64,000 nucleotides of DNA from Candidatus Thorarchaeota archaeon (GCA_963726195.1 CAVSBO010000010.1:56139-120138); one strand, 5' to 3'. Shown: positions 19,250 to 30,269, counted from the first letter of the stretch. A program made the numbers and translations. The notes: generated by a model not told the origin, from the letters alone.

Positions 19250-20224
19250 GTTATGTCCTGCTCATCCGTGCGCCACTTGGGTCGCACATGTGAATCCGCA
19301 ATCTCAAGTTGGTCCCCCGCGTTATGTTGCAGGATGCCGGTCCATGCTATCATCGCACCTTGGTCGCCTGCCAGCGGAGGAGAGACAGTGTGAAATGTTG
19401 CACCGTGCCTGTTGGCAACGCCTCTGAGTATCTCTCCAAGACGCTTGTTGCGAGCCACCCCGCCAGTGAGCAGCATCTCGGTCTTTTTTGTGTGCGCGAT
19501 AGCGCGCTCGGTGACTTCAGCAAGCATGCCAAATGCTGTTTCTTGGACGCTATAGCACAAGTCTGACAGTGCTACCCCTTCCGAATAGAGTCTCCTCGCC
19601 GCAGTCAACATGCCAGAATAGCTGACATCCATTCCTTTGACGGAATAGGGCAAGCTGTGGTAATTCTCACCCTTCCCGGCCTCCTTCTCGATCCCTGGGC
19701 CTGCTGGGAAACGCATGCCTGCGACGCGTCCTAGGACATCCAGCATGTTGCCGATGGCAATATCCAAGGTTTCGCCGAAGGTTCTGAACCTGTTTCCTGC
19801 GAAAGCGATCACCTGAGTGTTGCCACCCGACACATACACCGTCACAGGATCTCTAAACCCAGACTCAAGACAACCTATCTCAATATGTGCAACACAATGA
19901 TTCACGCCTACGAGCGGGACTCCTAACTTAAGGGCTAAAGAACGTGCCATGGTGGCAGTTGCCCTGAGACAGGGTCCAAGCCCGGGGCCGCGCAAAAGCT
20001 ATCAGGTTGATATCGTGAAAAGCAACACCAGCTTCTATCAATGCCTTCTTTATGATGTCGGGGCCCATGTCCGAGTGATGCCGGCTGGCTTCGCGCGGAT
20101 GAATGCCACCTTCCTGCGGGGAAACCATGTCCCAACAGTTTGACAGAACCTTGCCTTCGCTAGAGACAATGCCAGCTCCGAACGAGTGTGCAGTCCCCTC
20201 AAGTCCAAGGCATATCATGGGCAT
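19231..20224 (-). CDS. kae1: t6A synthase Kae1; frameshift near 19990
   Basis: LGLEGTAHSFG...GGIHPRE, then GPGLGPCL, NHCVAHIEIG, VSGGNTQ, GETLDIAIGN and DQGAMIA in the adjacent frame. Confidence 0.95.
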
Positions 20225-20365
20225 TGTGATTCTCCTGAAGCAGTGATTTCTTACTGCTCTTAACACTGACGAGATAGTGCAATCTCTGAGATTCTGCTTC
20301 TCAGATGTCATCTGCAACAAAGGGTTTATAATTGGTCGACAAGGTCGCCGGTCTGAGGTTACCCT

Positions 20366-20596
20366 GTGTCCGCCGAAAAGATGCCAATCAAGGCGCTTGA
20401 GAATGTTCTCAACGAAGTTGTATCAATCAAGCTGAAAGACAATAGGATTTTCCGGGGAAAACTTACGAGATGCGACATATACATGAACCTCACACTCGCG
20501 GATGCAGAGGAACTTGAGAATGACCAAACAAGGGCCAAATATGGTTCGGTACTGATTAGGGGAAACAACATCCTGTGGATTCAGATACCGGAATGA
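20366..20596 (+). CDS. Sm-like archaeal protein (SmAP/LSm)
   Basis: Sm1 motif G.L...D.YMNLTL.DAEE and Sm2 motif IRGNNI. Confidence 0.93.
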   Translation: MSAEKMPIKALENVLNEVVSIKLKDNRIFRGKLTRCDIYMNLTLADAEELENDQTRAKYGSVLIRGNNILWIQIPE

Positions 20597-20658
20597 TATA
20601 GACAATGAATTTGAAGTGACTTTCCTCAGTAATCGTTTTCAATTTGCAAATAGCGGTG

Positions 20659-22679
20659 CTACCTCTCGATTTGTCTCCTGTAACGTTCAACAGCTCCTAC
20701 CAAGTCATCCTCGCTCTTCTTCCGGGCCTTCTCGCGCACTTCCTTGGTGAAGACTTGAAACAGCCTCTCGAATTTCCTTCTGCTTATGAACGCAAATTCA
20801 TCGATTCTTTGCAGTTCAACATCATTGGCTTGAATTACAGGGACTTGCGCCTTCACGAGCTCCTCCTCAGAGAGATGCGAAAGCGGCGTATCTACAATTA
20901 CGGCCTTGATTTCGCGGTCGATCAGCATGGCTGCTGTATGAGGACCGCCCCCGCTGGCATCTTCGAAAAGTACAATGTCGCCCGGCTTGAGACCCACTTT
21001 CCTCATGTAAGCCTCTATCCCCTCACGAGTGAAATGAGGAATTGTCTTTACGGCAATCGTATCGCCACGCATCTCCAGACGTCGCACTCCCTTGAAAAGC
21101 TCGATGCGTTTGGTCAGATCTGACACTTGTCCTCGAAGTCTATCTGTCTCGGTCGATACGTGGCTTCAGCTCGGACTCCTTCTTAGCAATCTCACGGTCA
21201 CGCTTCACTCGCCAATAGTTGTCACGACTAACGATGTCAAGACTGTGTTGTAGCTCGCTTTCTCTGAACGTAAGATACTCCACAAGTCGCTTGAGGTCAG
21301 TGTTCTGTTCCGTCAGCGTGCGGTTCTCGGCCTCCAGAGTCTCGTTCTTCTCCGCAAGAGCATCGAAATGAGCCTGCGTTAGAACCTCCTCGCGGACAGG
21401 CTGTTCAGTCACCACCTCCACAACTTCCGGACCCTCTTGAACGAGAACTTGCCAACGCTTCGTTAACGGTCATTCCTCTTATCACAAGGGCCTTCAGATG
21501 GTTTCTGTCCACCACAAGTTGTTCTTCGCGTACCTTCTGGTCTATCTGTTCGAGTCTCGGCAGAACACTTCTGTAAGCATAGATAGCTGCCGTCAATGCA
21601 TCTCGTTCGTGAGCGTTCTTAATCTGCGCCTCTTGAGAGAACTCTCTCGCCATCTCCTGCTTTTCCGCTACGGGTATCGGTCTTTCGGGAGTAAATATCG
21701 CCACATTGACAGTACTTGCTATCTTCTTCACTAGATGAGGCACTGGAGTAACGTCCGTTGCAACTATCACTGGAACACCATGTTGATAGACGAGCCGGAT
21801 GATGTCTGCTCTCGTAAGCCCTTTTCTGCTCGCAAGAAAACTCACTCTCCCATCAAGAGAGACCAGACACAGTGCTGCTGTTATACCGGGGTCGATCCCC
21901 AATATGAAGTACTGTGGCGCAAGCTCAGTAGGAATGCCTTGTGGCTCAAGTGGGACAAACTCGACACGTTTTCGAACTGGAGAGACGAATACGTTGAAAT
22001 CACTGCCACGTCTCGATTCGACTAGCCCCCTTATTGCAGGTAACGGGGCATAGGCAACAAGACGTGAACTCTCATATCCAAAGTCCGAGTCCCTAATGTC
22101 AGAATCATATTCAATTCCCGCGGTCTTGAGCTGAGACTCTACAAAACGAGTAACCTGCTGAATCTCGGAGTGCAACCTGCGACGATACCGATTCGCGCTT
22201 TGTCCCCCGCTACCAGTCTTCCTTCCTCGTGTCACTCGAACCTCGGTCTGTTCACCAAAACACTCAAGGCGATAGCCAACACCGAGATACGCTAGCTGTG
22301 CTGCGATTTTCGCAGCAGCAAGCGGAGTCAAGTGCCCCCCGGATTGAAGCTTGTATTGTCGGGCAAGAATCTTGAGAGGAACTTGGTTCGGCGGTACGCC
22401 TGTCACCTGAACCAGCTTCGTCTCGGTCGGTATCCGACTCAGAAGGCCAAACATTGACTTGCTGTCTGGAACTATCTCAAGAATATTGTCTGTGGCGAAA
22501 TACTTGGGACGTGTCTCGTAAACCAAGTCCAGCAGGTCTCTTCGGGATATTTCAGGATACTCATTGAGAACTACTCCGTTGCGTACTATCGCACAAGAGT
22601 ACCTTGGACTCGTCGTTGAGCGCGGGCTCTGAGAAGGGAGGATGTCGAAGCCAACAATGAATATGCTGTCATCGCCCAT
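20659..22679 (-). CDS. DUF460-domain (COG2433-like) protein split by two frameshifts (~21430, ~21150)
   Basis: IVGFDI, ATDNILE, GGQSANRYRR, ILGIDPGIT, HERDALTAA, coiled coil, C-terminal DASGGG domain. Confidence 0.85.
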
Positions 22680-22823
22680 CGGCTCAGTGCTCAGAGAAGA
22701 AACGTCAGCTTAGGCTATAAGGATTCAGATGGACTCGCCTTCGCACCACGTAAGCTGTTAACAAACAACAAGTATAATAAAGCCATACTTGAGCGACAGC
22801 TTAACTCATGCGAGGTGTGACAA

Positions 22824-23105
22824 CTGTCAGAAACGCTGCAAGTCAATGAAGAAGATGCAGTACTGCGTGTCGGCCGGGCTCTTTCGTCAAAGACACGCAT
22901 AGAGATACTGAGACTTTTGTTCGATGGAGAAAAAGATGTGACTAGGGTGGCAAGGCACCTCGGCGGCACTGAGGCAAATGCCAGTGCTCAGATCAAGATA
23001 CTTCTTGAGGCAGGTTTGCTCGAATGTCGCTTTGAACCCGGGCAGCATGGGCTCAAGAAAATTTCCAAGACGAAAGTGAAGCGTATAGTAATCGACCTGA
23101 AGTAG
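22824..23105 (+). CDS. ArsR-family wHTH regulator with an apparent CTG start
   Basis: RALSSKTRIEILRLL...ANASAQIKILLEAGL...GQHGLKK. GAGGTG SD 6 nt before CTG, with an in-frame TGA just upstream. Confidence 0.8.
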   Translation: MSETLQVNEEDAVLRVGRALSSKTRIEILRLLFDGEKDVTRVARHLGGTEANASAQIKILLEAGLLECRFEPGQHGLKKISKTKVKRIVIDLK

Positions 23106-23131
23106 ACCCATCACTGACCGCAAGACACGGT

Positions 23132-23857
23132 CTAAGGTGAAGTCTCAGGTTGACTCAGCATTGTGCTCCAGCGGTGAATACGTTTCAGGATATTGTCGCG
23201 TTCCTCTGGTCGTATGCCTTTCTTTCCTCTCGCCCTGAGAAACTTGTCAACAACATCCATGTCACGTGCCACCTTTGGGTTCGGGTGGTCTTTGGTGATT
23301 AGATAATCTCTTGCGGCTTGGAGGTACTCTGCGATAACATCAGCCGGAGCTTCTCCGGTGCGGATTTCGTGCGCAATAGGATCCAGTACGCGAGCCACTG
23401 TCACACTTACTGCTTGAGTGTGCTCAGCCGGCTTTGCATTAAGGTTGTCAGACATGCTCGTCCTGTGAGTTGGGGGCGAAATGCCTGTGTCAACCTTAGG
23501 TGGTTCGCGTTCGGAGGCCTTCGAGACCGCCGCAGAGGACGAAGACCTGACAGTTGGTGTTGTTTTTTGGGGGCCCGTCGACGAAGTAGTTGGGCCTGCT
23601 AGATCGTGATTGCTAACCGGCGGCGATGCAGGTACGTCGGAGAAGAGTGGCAGGATTGGAGAAACCGAATCTGTTGCTCCTTCTTCCACGGGCAAACCCA
23701 GTCGGCGGCGCAACTCGCGTAGCTGATCGAAAATCTCCACTAACCCGGACTGTATCTGGCCGATCAGCCGCCTAATCTCGTCCGCATTCTTTTCAGACAA
23801 TGAGGACTTGCCCCCGTATGATATCGCAGTACCGCTCTTGGTGCTCCCTGCAATCAT
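23132..23857 (-). CDS. Hypothetical protein: coiled coil, S/T/P-rich linker, helical C-terminal domain
   Basis: 241-aa ORF starting 6 nt after the herA stop. Confidence 0.7.
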   Translation of the reverse strand: MIAGSTKSGTAISYGGKSSLSEKNADEIRRLIGQIQSGLVEIFDQLRELRRRLGLPVEEGATDSVSPILPLFSDVPASPPVSNHDLAGPTTSSTGPQKTTPTVRSSSSAAVSKASEREPPKVDTGISPPTHRTSMSDNLNAKPAEHTQAVSVTVARVLDPIAHEIRTGEAPADVIAEYLQAARDYLITKDHPNPKVARDMDVVDKFLRARGKKGIRPEERDNILKRIHRWSTMLSQPETSP

Positions 23858-23863
23858 CGTTTA

Positions 23864-25393
23864 TCAGCGTTGTGATGAAATTCTGTCAGCTTTTCTCATG
23901 GCTTCTGATAGGCTCGTCACGGCGCCCGCGGGTTCAAAATGGCGGCGACGAATCTTCACAAACGTCGGAAAGGATACGCACTCCCCCACGAAGAGAGCTT
24001 CCCCCACCTCAAGCGTCGTTACTGATTCAAGAGACGAATGATCGATACCCTCACTGGTTTTGCCGATGTGTTCAAGGTCATACGGATTCGTGCACCTGAA
24101 AATCGCTTGGTTGCTGCACTGACTAAGGACAGTTGTCGATAGCCTTACGGGCCTCTGGGAGATTAAGCATAGAAGAGCGTAGAACTTCCTGCCCTCTCTG
24201 GCAATCGTCTCAATCTGAGCCTTTGCAAGAGTCAGCTCGTGACGACTCTCGGGGCAGAATTGATGTGCTTCTTCAATGATGAATAGGAATGGAGGTATCT
24301 TCTCTTGCCTTCGTAAATGCAGCAGTTCGCCCGCAAGGTACGATGTCACGATTTGCTTCTTCTTGAGACTGACGAAGTCGCTGAGATCAATCAGCGTCAG
24401 CTTGCCGGGATTGACTATGCTCTTCACATCGGGCACAGCTTCCACGCCGAACAGTCCGGTTTCATCAAGATTGGTCAGCCACCCAACGATAGCATCTCTC
24501 GTGTTCTTGTTGATAGTATTATCTTCTCTTACAATCTCTGCGAGATCACCGAGACTGTATTTTCCCTGCTCGTTCTTTCGGACTTCAGATATCACGCGCC
24601 GTAGGTCACGCACTTGGATTCCGCTCATATCGGATACAAAAGAGCTCAACGCTTCTGCTGACAGGGATGGTACAGGAATTTGAAAATAGGAAGACCGAAT
24701 ATGTTCGACATCGATTCGAGAACCTCGCAGCCCTAACGATTCAGCCGGCAGGTCCTTCAGATATGTGTATTCGCCATGAACGTCAAGAACAACTATGGCG
24801 AGTCGCCCCTGTTCCTTTGTCCGCGCGAGCATCTCCTCAAGCAGAACGGAAATGAAATAGGACTTGCCGGCGCCGCTCATGGCAAGAACGGCAAGATGTT
24901 TTGACAGAAGCCGATCAATCGAAGGGCAGAAGCCAAGTTCGTGATGAGATAATGTGCCCAGTTTCAAACCGTTCTTTGGTTCCAGATTCAGAAATGAGGC
25001 CAGCATTCCTTCCTCTGGTCGCCTTACTAACGCGCCTGGTGAGACCGAGAAAGAAGGACGCACCGCCTTGTCGTCAACCCAGCAGCCCAGTACACGAACC
25101 TGTGCAACAGTGTACTGCCACCTATCTGTTGGCAAAATAGAACGTAGAGACTCGCCCCTTGACTGGTATTCTCTTACGGCTTCTGCATGCTGATAGTACC
25201 GATTGGCCCTTACAAGATTCTGAACTCGTCCAATAATCGTACCATTGTCAGTTGTTACTGAAACGAACTCGCCGCGGCGGACAAGAACCTCGTTTGGTGC
25301 GCCCTCTACTACAAACTCGAACTCCACGACATTCGGTGTTGATTCCGTACAGATGATGGTCCCAAGCTTGGATTCAGGTGGGTATGTTGGCAT
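23864..25393 (-). CDS. herA: HerA helicase/ATPase
   Basis: HAS barrel, HLAVLAMSGAGKSY, DVHGEY, IEEAHQF, IAREGRKF, SQRP. Confidence 0.93.
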   Translation of the reverse strand: MPTYPPESKLGTIICTESTPNVVEFEFVVEGAPNEVLVRRGEFVSVTTDNGTIIGRVQNLVRANRYYQHAEAVREYQSRGESLRSILPTDRWQYTVAQVRVLGCWVDDKAVRPSFSVSPGALVRRPEEGMLASFLNLEPKNGLKLGTLSHHELGFCPSIDRLLSKHLAVLAMSGAGKSYFISVLLEEMLARTKEQGRLAIVVLDVHGEYTYLKDLPAESLGLRGSRIDVEHIRSSYFQIPVPSLSAEALSSFVSDMSGIQVRDLRRVISEVRKNEQGKYSLGDLAEIVREDNTINKNTRDAIVGWLTNLDETGLFGVEAVPDVKSIVNPGKLTLIDLSDFVSLKKKQIVTSYLAGELLHLRRQEKIPPFLFIIEEAHQFCPESRHELTLAKAQIETIAREGRKFYALLCLISQRPVRLSTTVLSQCSNQAIFRCTNPYDLEHIGKTSEGIDHSSLESVTTLEVGEALFVGECVSFPTFVKIRRRHFEPAGAVTSLSEAMRKADRISSQR

Positions 25394-25397
25394 ATGT

Positions 25398-26558
25398 TCA
25401 GCCCCCAAATGGATTCCTAGAACGTCTCTTCTCAAGTGCCGTATAGGTCAGACCTGAAAGAGCCATGAGTCGGTCGATTATGATCTGAGATTCATTATGG
25501 CTGATTCTTGCTCTCGCGTCGGCCTCCACGATTGGTGTCGGAATGCCGTACTCCTTGTGCTGCCAAGAAATGGGCAGTATGGCGGACAAAGCCCTGTCGA
25601 GTAGCCGAACATCGTTGCTCCCATCTCCAACAAGGACTTCGATTCGGAGAGGCAAGTCATCCTGCGCGGTCTTGACGTATGTCACCCATATTCTTGAGGC
25701 CCACGAAGACAATTCATCGGGATACGCATTCGGAGTCTGTTGTATTTCTGAGGAGAAACGAAACACAAAGGTTCTCTCGCCTTCATCCAGAAATGTATCC
25801 AGTATGTCGCAGTCTCTGGATATCTTTAGAAGCCAACGATAGTCAACACCCTGCATCATCTCAAAGACCGAAGGGTCCCTTATGATATGAGGTAGAATCT
25901 CACCCATTATGTTCACGACGCGGCTCGAACGGCTGTCTTTCACCACGCCTACCAAAGTTGTACCCTTTTCCTTGGCTCTGTTGTACATTTGCCTGTAGAG
26001 TGCCATTACTTCTTGGAACTTGTCATTTGCCACAGAGGCGGCGGGAGGACGGTCGCGAGGATGATAGAACAGGCTGCCGTCAATCAGGATTAGGTCTGTG
26101 GAGAATTCTTCGAGGACTGACAGGGTCACTCTCAGTTCCGCCGCAAGGCGCTCAAGGGATGCGAGCTGGTCTAGTTCCTGTCCCGAAAGACTGAGCATTA
26201 CAGGTTTGATAACGGGGCTCGGAAAGGGATCTGGGAAGAAGTCAACGGTAGGGCCCTCTTTCGGCCCGAACTTGAATATCACTGCGATGGCACGTGTAAG
26301 TATCAGGTCCATTGATCTGAACTCTCTTCGTATGAGTCCTCCGTCGATGCCAGCCATCTTTAGGCCTGAGAGACTGGTCGGCTGCAGTCTCGTACAGAAC
26401 TGCGCATCAACCACGTTTTCGGCTACCGAAGGGAAACGTCGCAAGTCTATGCTGCTCTTAATCTGTCTGAGAACCTTGCCAAAGCGTTCGCGAGTGATCT
26501 CGGCCCGTTCAATTTCCTCCACTAGTGCGGACAGCATCTTGTCAAGATTCCGTTCCAC
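25398..26558 (-). CDS. nurA: NurA DNA end-resection nuclease
   Basis: AGIDGG, ILIDGSL, GVVKDSRS, YGIPTPIVEADARA. Upstream of herA. GTG start assumed because the ATG at 26585 lies inside the IS end. Confidence 0.9.
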   Translation of the reverse strand: MERNLDKMLSALVEEIERAEITRERFGKVLRQIKSSIDLRRFPSVAENVVDAQFCTRLQPTSLSGLKMAGIDGGLIRREFRSMDLILTRAIAVIFKFGPKEGPTVDFFPDPFPSPVIKPVMLSLSGQELDQLASLERLAAELRVTLSVLEEFSTDLILIDGSLFYHPRDRPPAASVANDKFQEVMALYRQMYNRAKEKGTTLVGVVKDSRSSRVVNIMGEILPHIIRDPSVFEMMQGVDYRWLLKISRDCDILDTFLDEGERTFVFRFSSEIQQTPNAYPDELSSWASRIWVTYVKTAQDDLPLRIEVLVGDGSNDVRLLDRALSAILPISWQHKEYGIPTPIVEADARARISHNESQIIIDRLMALSGLTYTALEKRRSRNPFGG

Positions 26559-26577
26559 TAGGTCCGTTGTCCGAAAC

Positions 26578-27777
26578 TCACCCATTCAGGACGTCCTCCC
26601 TAACAGTGTTCGGTTCCTGCTTCATCATGGAGCACCTGCCTCTTGTGGCATGAACCTCTCCATTCTCGCAGGCGTTTTGTGTCTCCGCCCAACTGGCGGC
26701 GACTAAAGCTAGATTCATGGCGGCGTTCAGGTCACGGTCGACTTCGAAACCGCAACGCCCGCACCTGTGTGTTCTCTGGGAGAGCGGCATCTCATCCTTG
26801 ACCGCTCCGCAGTCAGAGCATCGTCTTGTGGATGGAAAGAACGGGTCTGTTTCCACGACCGCACCCCCATTCCACCTAGTCTTGTATTCCAGCTGACGGA
26901 GTAACTCTCCTATGCCTGCATCCGCGAGCTGCTTTGCTAAATGATGGTTCTTCAGCAGTCCAGCCACGTTCAGGCTTTCCACGCCGATGACCGACTTGGT
27001 TCTCGCCAGCATCGTTGTGGCTTTGTGCTGGGCGTCTTTGCGGATATTCGCAACTCTGAATTCGCACCGAGCCAGCCGCATCACGGTGTCGACTCGGTTG
27101 TTGCTTCCTTTCACCTTCCTAGCAAGAGACCTTTGGATTCGCTTCTTCTTTTGCTCGAAGCGCGAAAGAGGTCTTGGATTCGCGATTGCGGCTCCGTCAC
27201 TGACAGTAGCAAGTTTCAAAATGCCAACATCGATTCCGGCCACAGGTCCAGTGTTATTCGGGACTTCAATCTCCTCCTCCACCCGAAGACTCACAAACCA
27301 TTTCCCTGCTTTTTCTGAAACAATCGCAGACAGGACATGAACTCCATCAATTGGAAGGTAGCCTTTTTCCTTAAGCCGAACCACACCGAGTCGGGGCAAC
27401 TGCACCGAGTCGCAGAAAACCCTGATGTGTCCTGTGAGCTTGAAGCTGCCTACCCCGAGTCTTCTGCGCTTGAATCCGGGGTATTTCGCGCGCCCCTCGA
27501 AGAAGTTCTTGTACGCCCCGTCGAGATCTCGGAGGGCTTCCTGCGGAGCACACTTCGAAACCTCGTACATCCAAGGGAACTCCGTTTTGTTCAGAGCATT
27601 CAACTGCCTGTGCAGCTCGACGGCATTCGATGATGTTCCCATCTTCTCGTACTCTTCCTTCCGCCGCGCGAGTCCCCAATTGTATGCAAACCTCGCTGTT
27701 CCGGCGTGTCTGAGCAAGGCCGTGCACTGGATGTTGTTGGGGTCCAGCTCCGTTTTGTAGGCCTGCATGATTCTCAT
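26578..27777 (-). CDS. tnpB: RNA-guided endonuclease TnpB (IS607 type), catalytic triad intact
   Basis: AYKTELDPNN N-terminus, RuvC GIDVG / VESLNV / DRDLNAA, Zn finger CSDC..CGRC. Confidence 0.93.
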   Translation of the reverse strand: MRIMQAYKTELDPNNIQCTALLRHAGTARFAYNWGLARRKEEYEKMGTSSNAVELHRQLNALNKTEFPWMYEVSKCAPQEALRDLDGAYKNFFEGRAKYPGFKRRRLGVGSFKLTGHIRVFCDSVQLPRLGVVRLKEKGYLPIDGVHVLSAIVSEKAGKWFVSLRVEEEIEVPNNTGPVAGIDVGILKLATVSDGAAIANPRPLSRFEQKKKRIQRSLARKVKGSNNRVDTVMRLARCEFRVANIRKDAQHKATTMLARTKSVIGVESLNVAGLLKNHHLAKQLADAGIGELLRQLEYKTRWNGGAVVETDPFFPSTRRCSDCGAVKDEMPLSQRTHRCGRCGFEVDRDLNAAMNLALVAASWAETQNACENGEVHATRGRCSMMKQEPNTVREDVLNG

Positions 27778-27824
27778 GTTCTCATGGCCTCCATCGCCCG
27801 TTCGGCCCAATCAGACAGCTTCAT
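27774..27824 (-). pseudogene. Internally deleted IS607 tnpA (serine recombinase) remnant
   Basis: MKLSDWAERAMEAMRT* reads as the IS607 TnpA N-terminus MKLSxWA fused to a C-terminal RA-x-EA segment. ATGA overlap with tnpB. Confidence 0.7.
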
Positions 27825-27877
27825 GTTATCATGTGCCTGTATGTGGTACTGACTAGTATTAAGCCCCCTTGACTGTT

Positions 27878-29555
27878 TCAACCCTCCCTCTTGCGCTTGT
27901 ATTCCAAGGCCGCCTTCAGAAAGGCTACGTATAGAGGATGTGCATTACCCGGTCTCGACTTGAACTCTGGATGATATTGGACTCCAATCCAGAACGGATG
28001 CCGCTTCAGTTCGACTGCATTTATTATCTTCCCGGTCCTATCGTAAGCTGAAATGACCATGCCTGCATCTTTCATCTTGTGCACATACCTATCAATAAGA
28101 TGAAACCTATGCCTGAATCTTTCTCGCGTTTCAGTGACGCCATAGATGCTGTGTAGACGAGTCCCCTCGACAATTCTGATTTCTTGCCCCCCGAGCCTCA
28201 TGGTACCGCCCTTTTCATCGGTCTGCTTCTGATCATCAAGTAAGTCTACAACTGGATAGAGACTGTCAGGGTCAACTTCTGTCGTGTGTGCACCTTGCCA
28301 GCCCATTCGTCTTCTTGCGAAAGCTACAATTCCTAGCTGCAGCTCCATAGCAGATTCCGAGAAATGGAATACCGTCTTCAAAGGCCACCGTGGCTGCATT
28401 AATCATTCCTTCTACTCCGCGAGAACCAAACCCGGGTGTCAGAAGTATACCATCGACGTGATTAAGGTCTTCTCGCAGACAGTCTTCACTGCATCTCACG
28501 TCGGTCTCAATCCATCTTATGTCGACTTTCGCCCCGCACTGTGCGCCAGCATGTAGAAGAGCCTCATTGATGCTCTTGTATGAGTCGCTCAAAGCAGTGT
28601 ACTTTCCTGGCATGGCTACTACTACGTTGTCAGTACAACTATCGAAAGCATGGACTATCTGCTGCCACGAACTAGTTTCGGGCTCACGCGGTTCTAGCCC
28701 GAGCAACCTGACGAGGGTATTGCCCAGGCCTTGCTCTTCGAAGGACAAGGGCAATTGATAAACTACCGGGATGTCTGGATTTGAAATGACTCGATCCTCG
28801 GGAACGTTACAGAATAATGCGATTTTTCCTCGTGCTGAGTCCTGTAGTTTCTGTTCAGCTCTGCATACTATAATGTCGGGTTGAAGACCTGATCCTTGAA
28901 GAGTGCGGACGCTGTGTTGTGTTGGCTTGGTCTTGAATTCACCAACAGCAGCAATGTAAGGTACAAGAGTCACATGCACGAGAACAGCTCTTTCCGGTCC
29001 AACTTCGCGAATCAGCTGCCTTACCGCCTCTAGGAATGGCATCGCCTCGATGTCACCCACTGTACCTCCAACTTCCACGAGTAACACATCTGGTTCAGGC
29101 TCCTCGTTGGCAACGTCCCATATCCTGCTCTTGATGCAGTCTGTCACATGTGGGATGATCTGTACAGTGTGGCCCAAGAAACTCCCTTTTCTCTCTCCTA
29201 AGATTACCGAGACGTAGATTTGTCCCGATGTTATGTTATGAGACGGATGGATGTCCATGTCCGTGAATCGTTCATAGGTTCCGAAGTCTTGGTCGATTTC
29301 GGTAATCTTGAACTCGAAACCTTCAACAGGTTTGAATACCCAAGTCTTGTCGGTGACAAATACCTCACCATGCTCAACAGGGTTGAGCGTCCCAGGGTCA
29401 ACGTTGAGGTAAGGATCGATCTTGATTATTTGAATCGTGTACCCCCGAAACTGAAGTATCTTGGCGATTGATGCTGTGGTTACACCCTTTCCGATGCCGG
29501 ACACAACACCTCCCGTTACAAATACAAATCTCGTGTTATGTTGTTTAGTGTTCAA
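27878..29555 (-). CDS. pyrG: CTP synthase; frameshift near 28350
   Basis: [52 protein letters not shown]. Confidence 0.96.
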
Positions 29556-29667
29556 GTGTAACTCCTCGACAAACCGTTTAAGCAGGGCCCATTTTACAGT
29601 TCGAGCAAGGCAATCATTTGAAGTAGTAAAAAGGTATTCGCTCAGTTGAGTGGACTAACTTGCTTAT

Positions 29668-30249
29668 CTAGGCCAAAGGGGGTATCAGGACGCCTGCACG
29701 CAGAGCTTCTCTGAACAGCAAGTAGAATGCCTCCATGATGTTAAGACCTTCCTTGGCTATGCTCTTGAACACTGGGACTGAGGATGGAAGTCGTAGAGCG
29801 GAACGTATCTTTTCTTCAGAGACTGCTTCGGGCAAATCCTGCTTGTTGAGACAGACAACTACTGGCAGAGGACGCTCCTCTCCTGCAATCACAGTCATCA
29901 GCTCGTTCCAGCTGGAAACATCTTCATTCAATAGATGCTCTTGGGAATCTGCAACAAACACGACTCCATCTGCTCCTACGAGTACGACCTCTCTCGTCGA
30001 CCTGTAGAAGTCTTGCCCGGTGGCGGACCAGACATGTGCATTGACGGTCCAGTTGTTAGCTAACGAAAACGGAATCGTGCCAAAGTCGCAGAACATCGTT
30101 CTTCCAACGGTGTTCTCTACTGACATAAGGCGGTCTGTGCATCCAAGCCTCGAAAAGAGCCATCTTATTGCTGTGGTCTTCCCGCTCATCGCGGGACCAA
30201 AGAATACAAGTTTTACGCCCAGAGACCTGTTTCCATAGTCGACTATCAT
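29668..30249 (-). CDS. Small GTPase, MglA-like
   Basis: G1 GPAMSGKTT, switch I GRTMFCDFG, G3 SATGQ, ADGVVFVADS, G4 NKQD, G5 SIA. Confidence 0.9.
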   Translation of the reverse strand: MIVDYGNRSLGVKLVFFGPAMSGKTTAIRWLFSRLGCTDRLMSVENTVGRTMFCDFGTIPFSLANNWTVNAHVWSATGQDFYRSTREVVLVGADGVVFVADSQEHLLNEDVSSWNELMTVIAGEERPLPVVVCLNKQDLPEAVSEEKIRSALRLPSSVPVFKSIAKEGLNIMEAFYLLFREALRAGVLIPPLA

Positions 30250-30269
30250 GCTTCTTCCAACCCCTGATT

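Larger units (their letters stand above)
26564..27881 (-). mobile_element. IS607-family derivative (tnpA remnant plus tnpB); left end approximate
   Basis: IS607-type TnpB, TnpA terminal remnant, right end ...ATGGGTGAGTTTCGGACAACGG ending in GG. Interrupts the pyrG-nurA junction. Confidence 0.75.

Noticed and set aside
19980-28360. Programmed frameshifting or pseudogenisation of kae1, DUF460 and pyrG
   Set aside because: No consistent slippery heptamer was seen and both halves are conserved. Sequencing indels are the simpler explanation.
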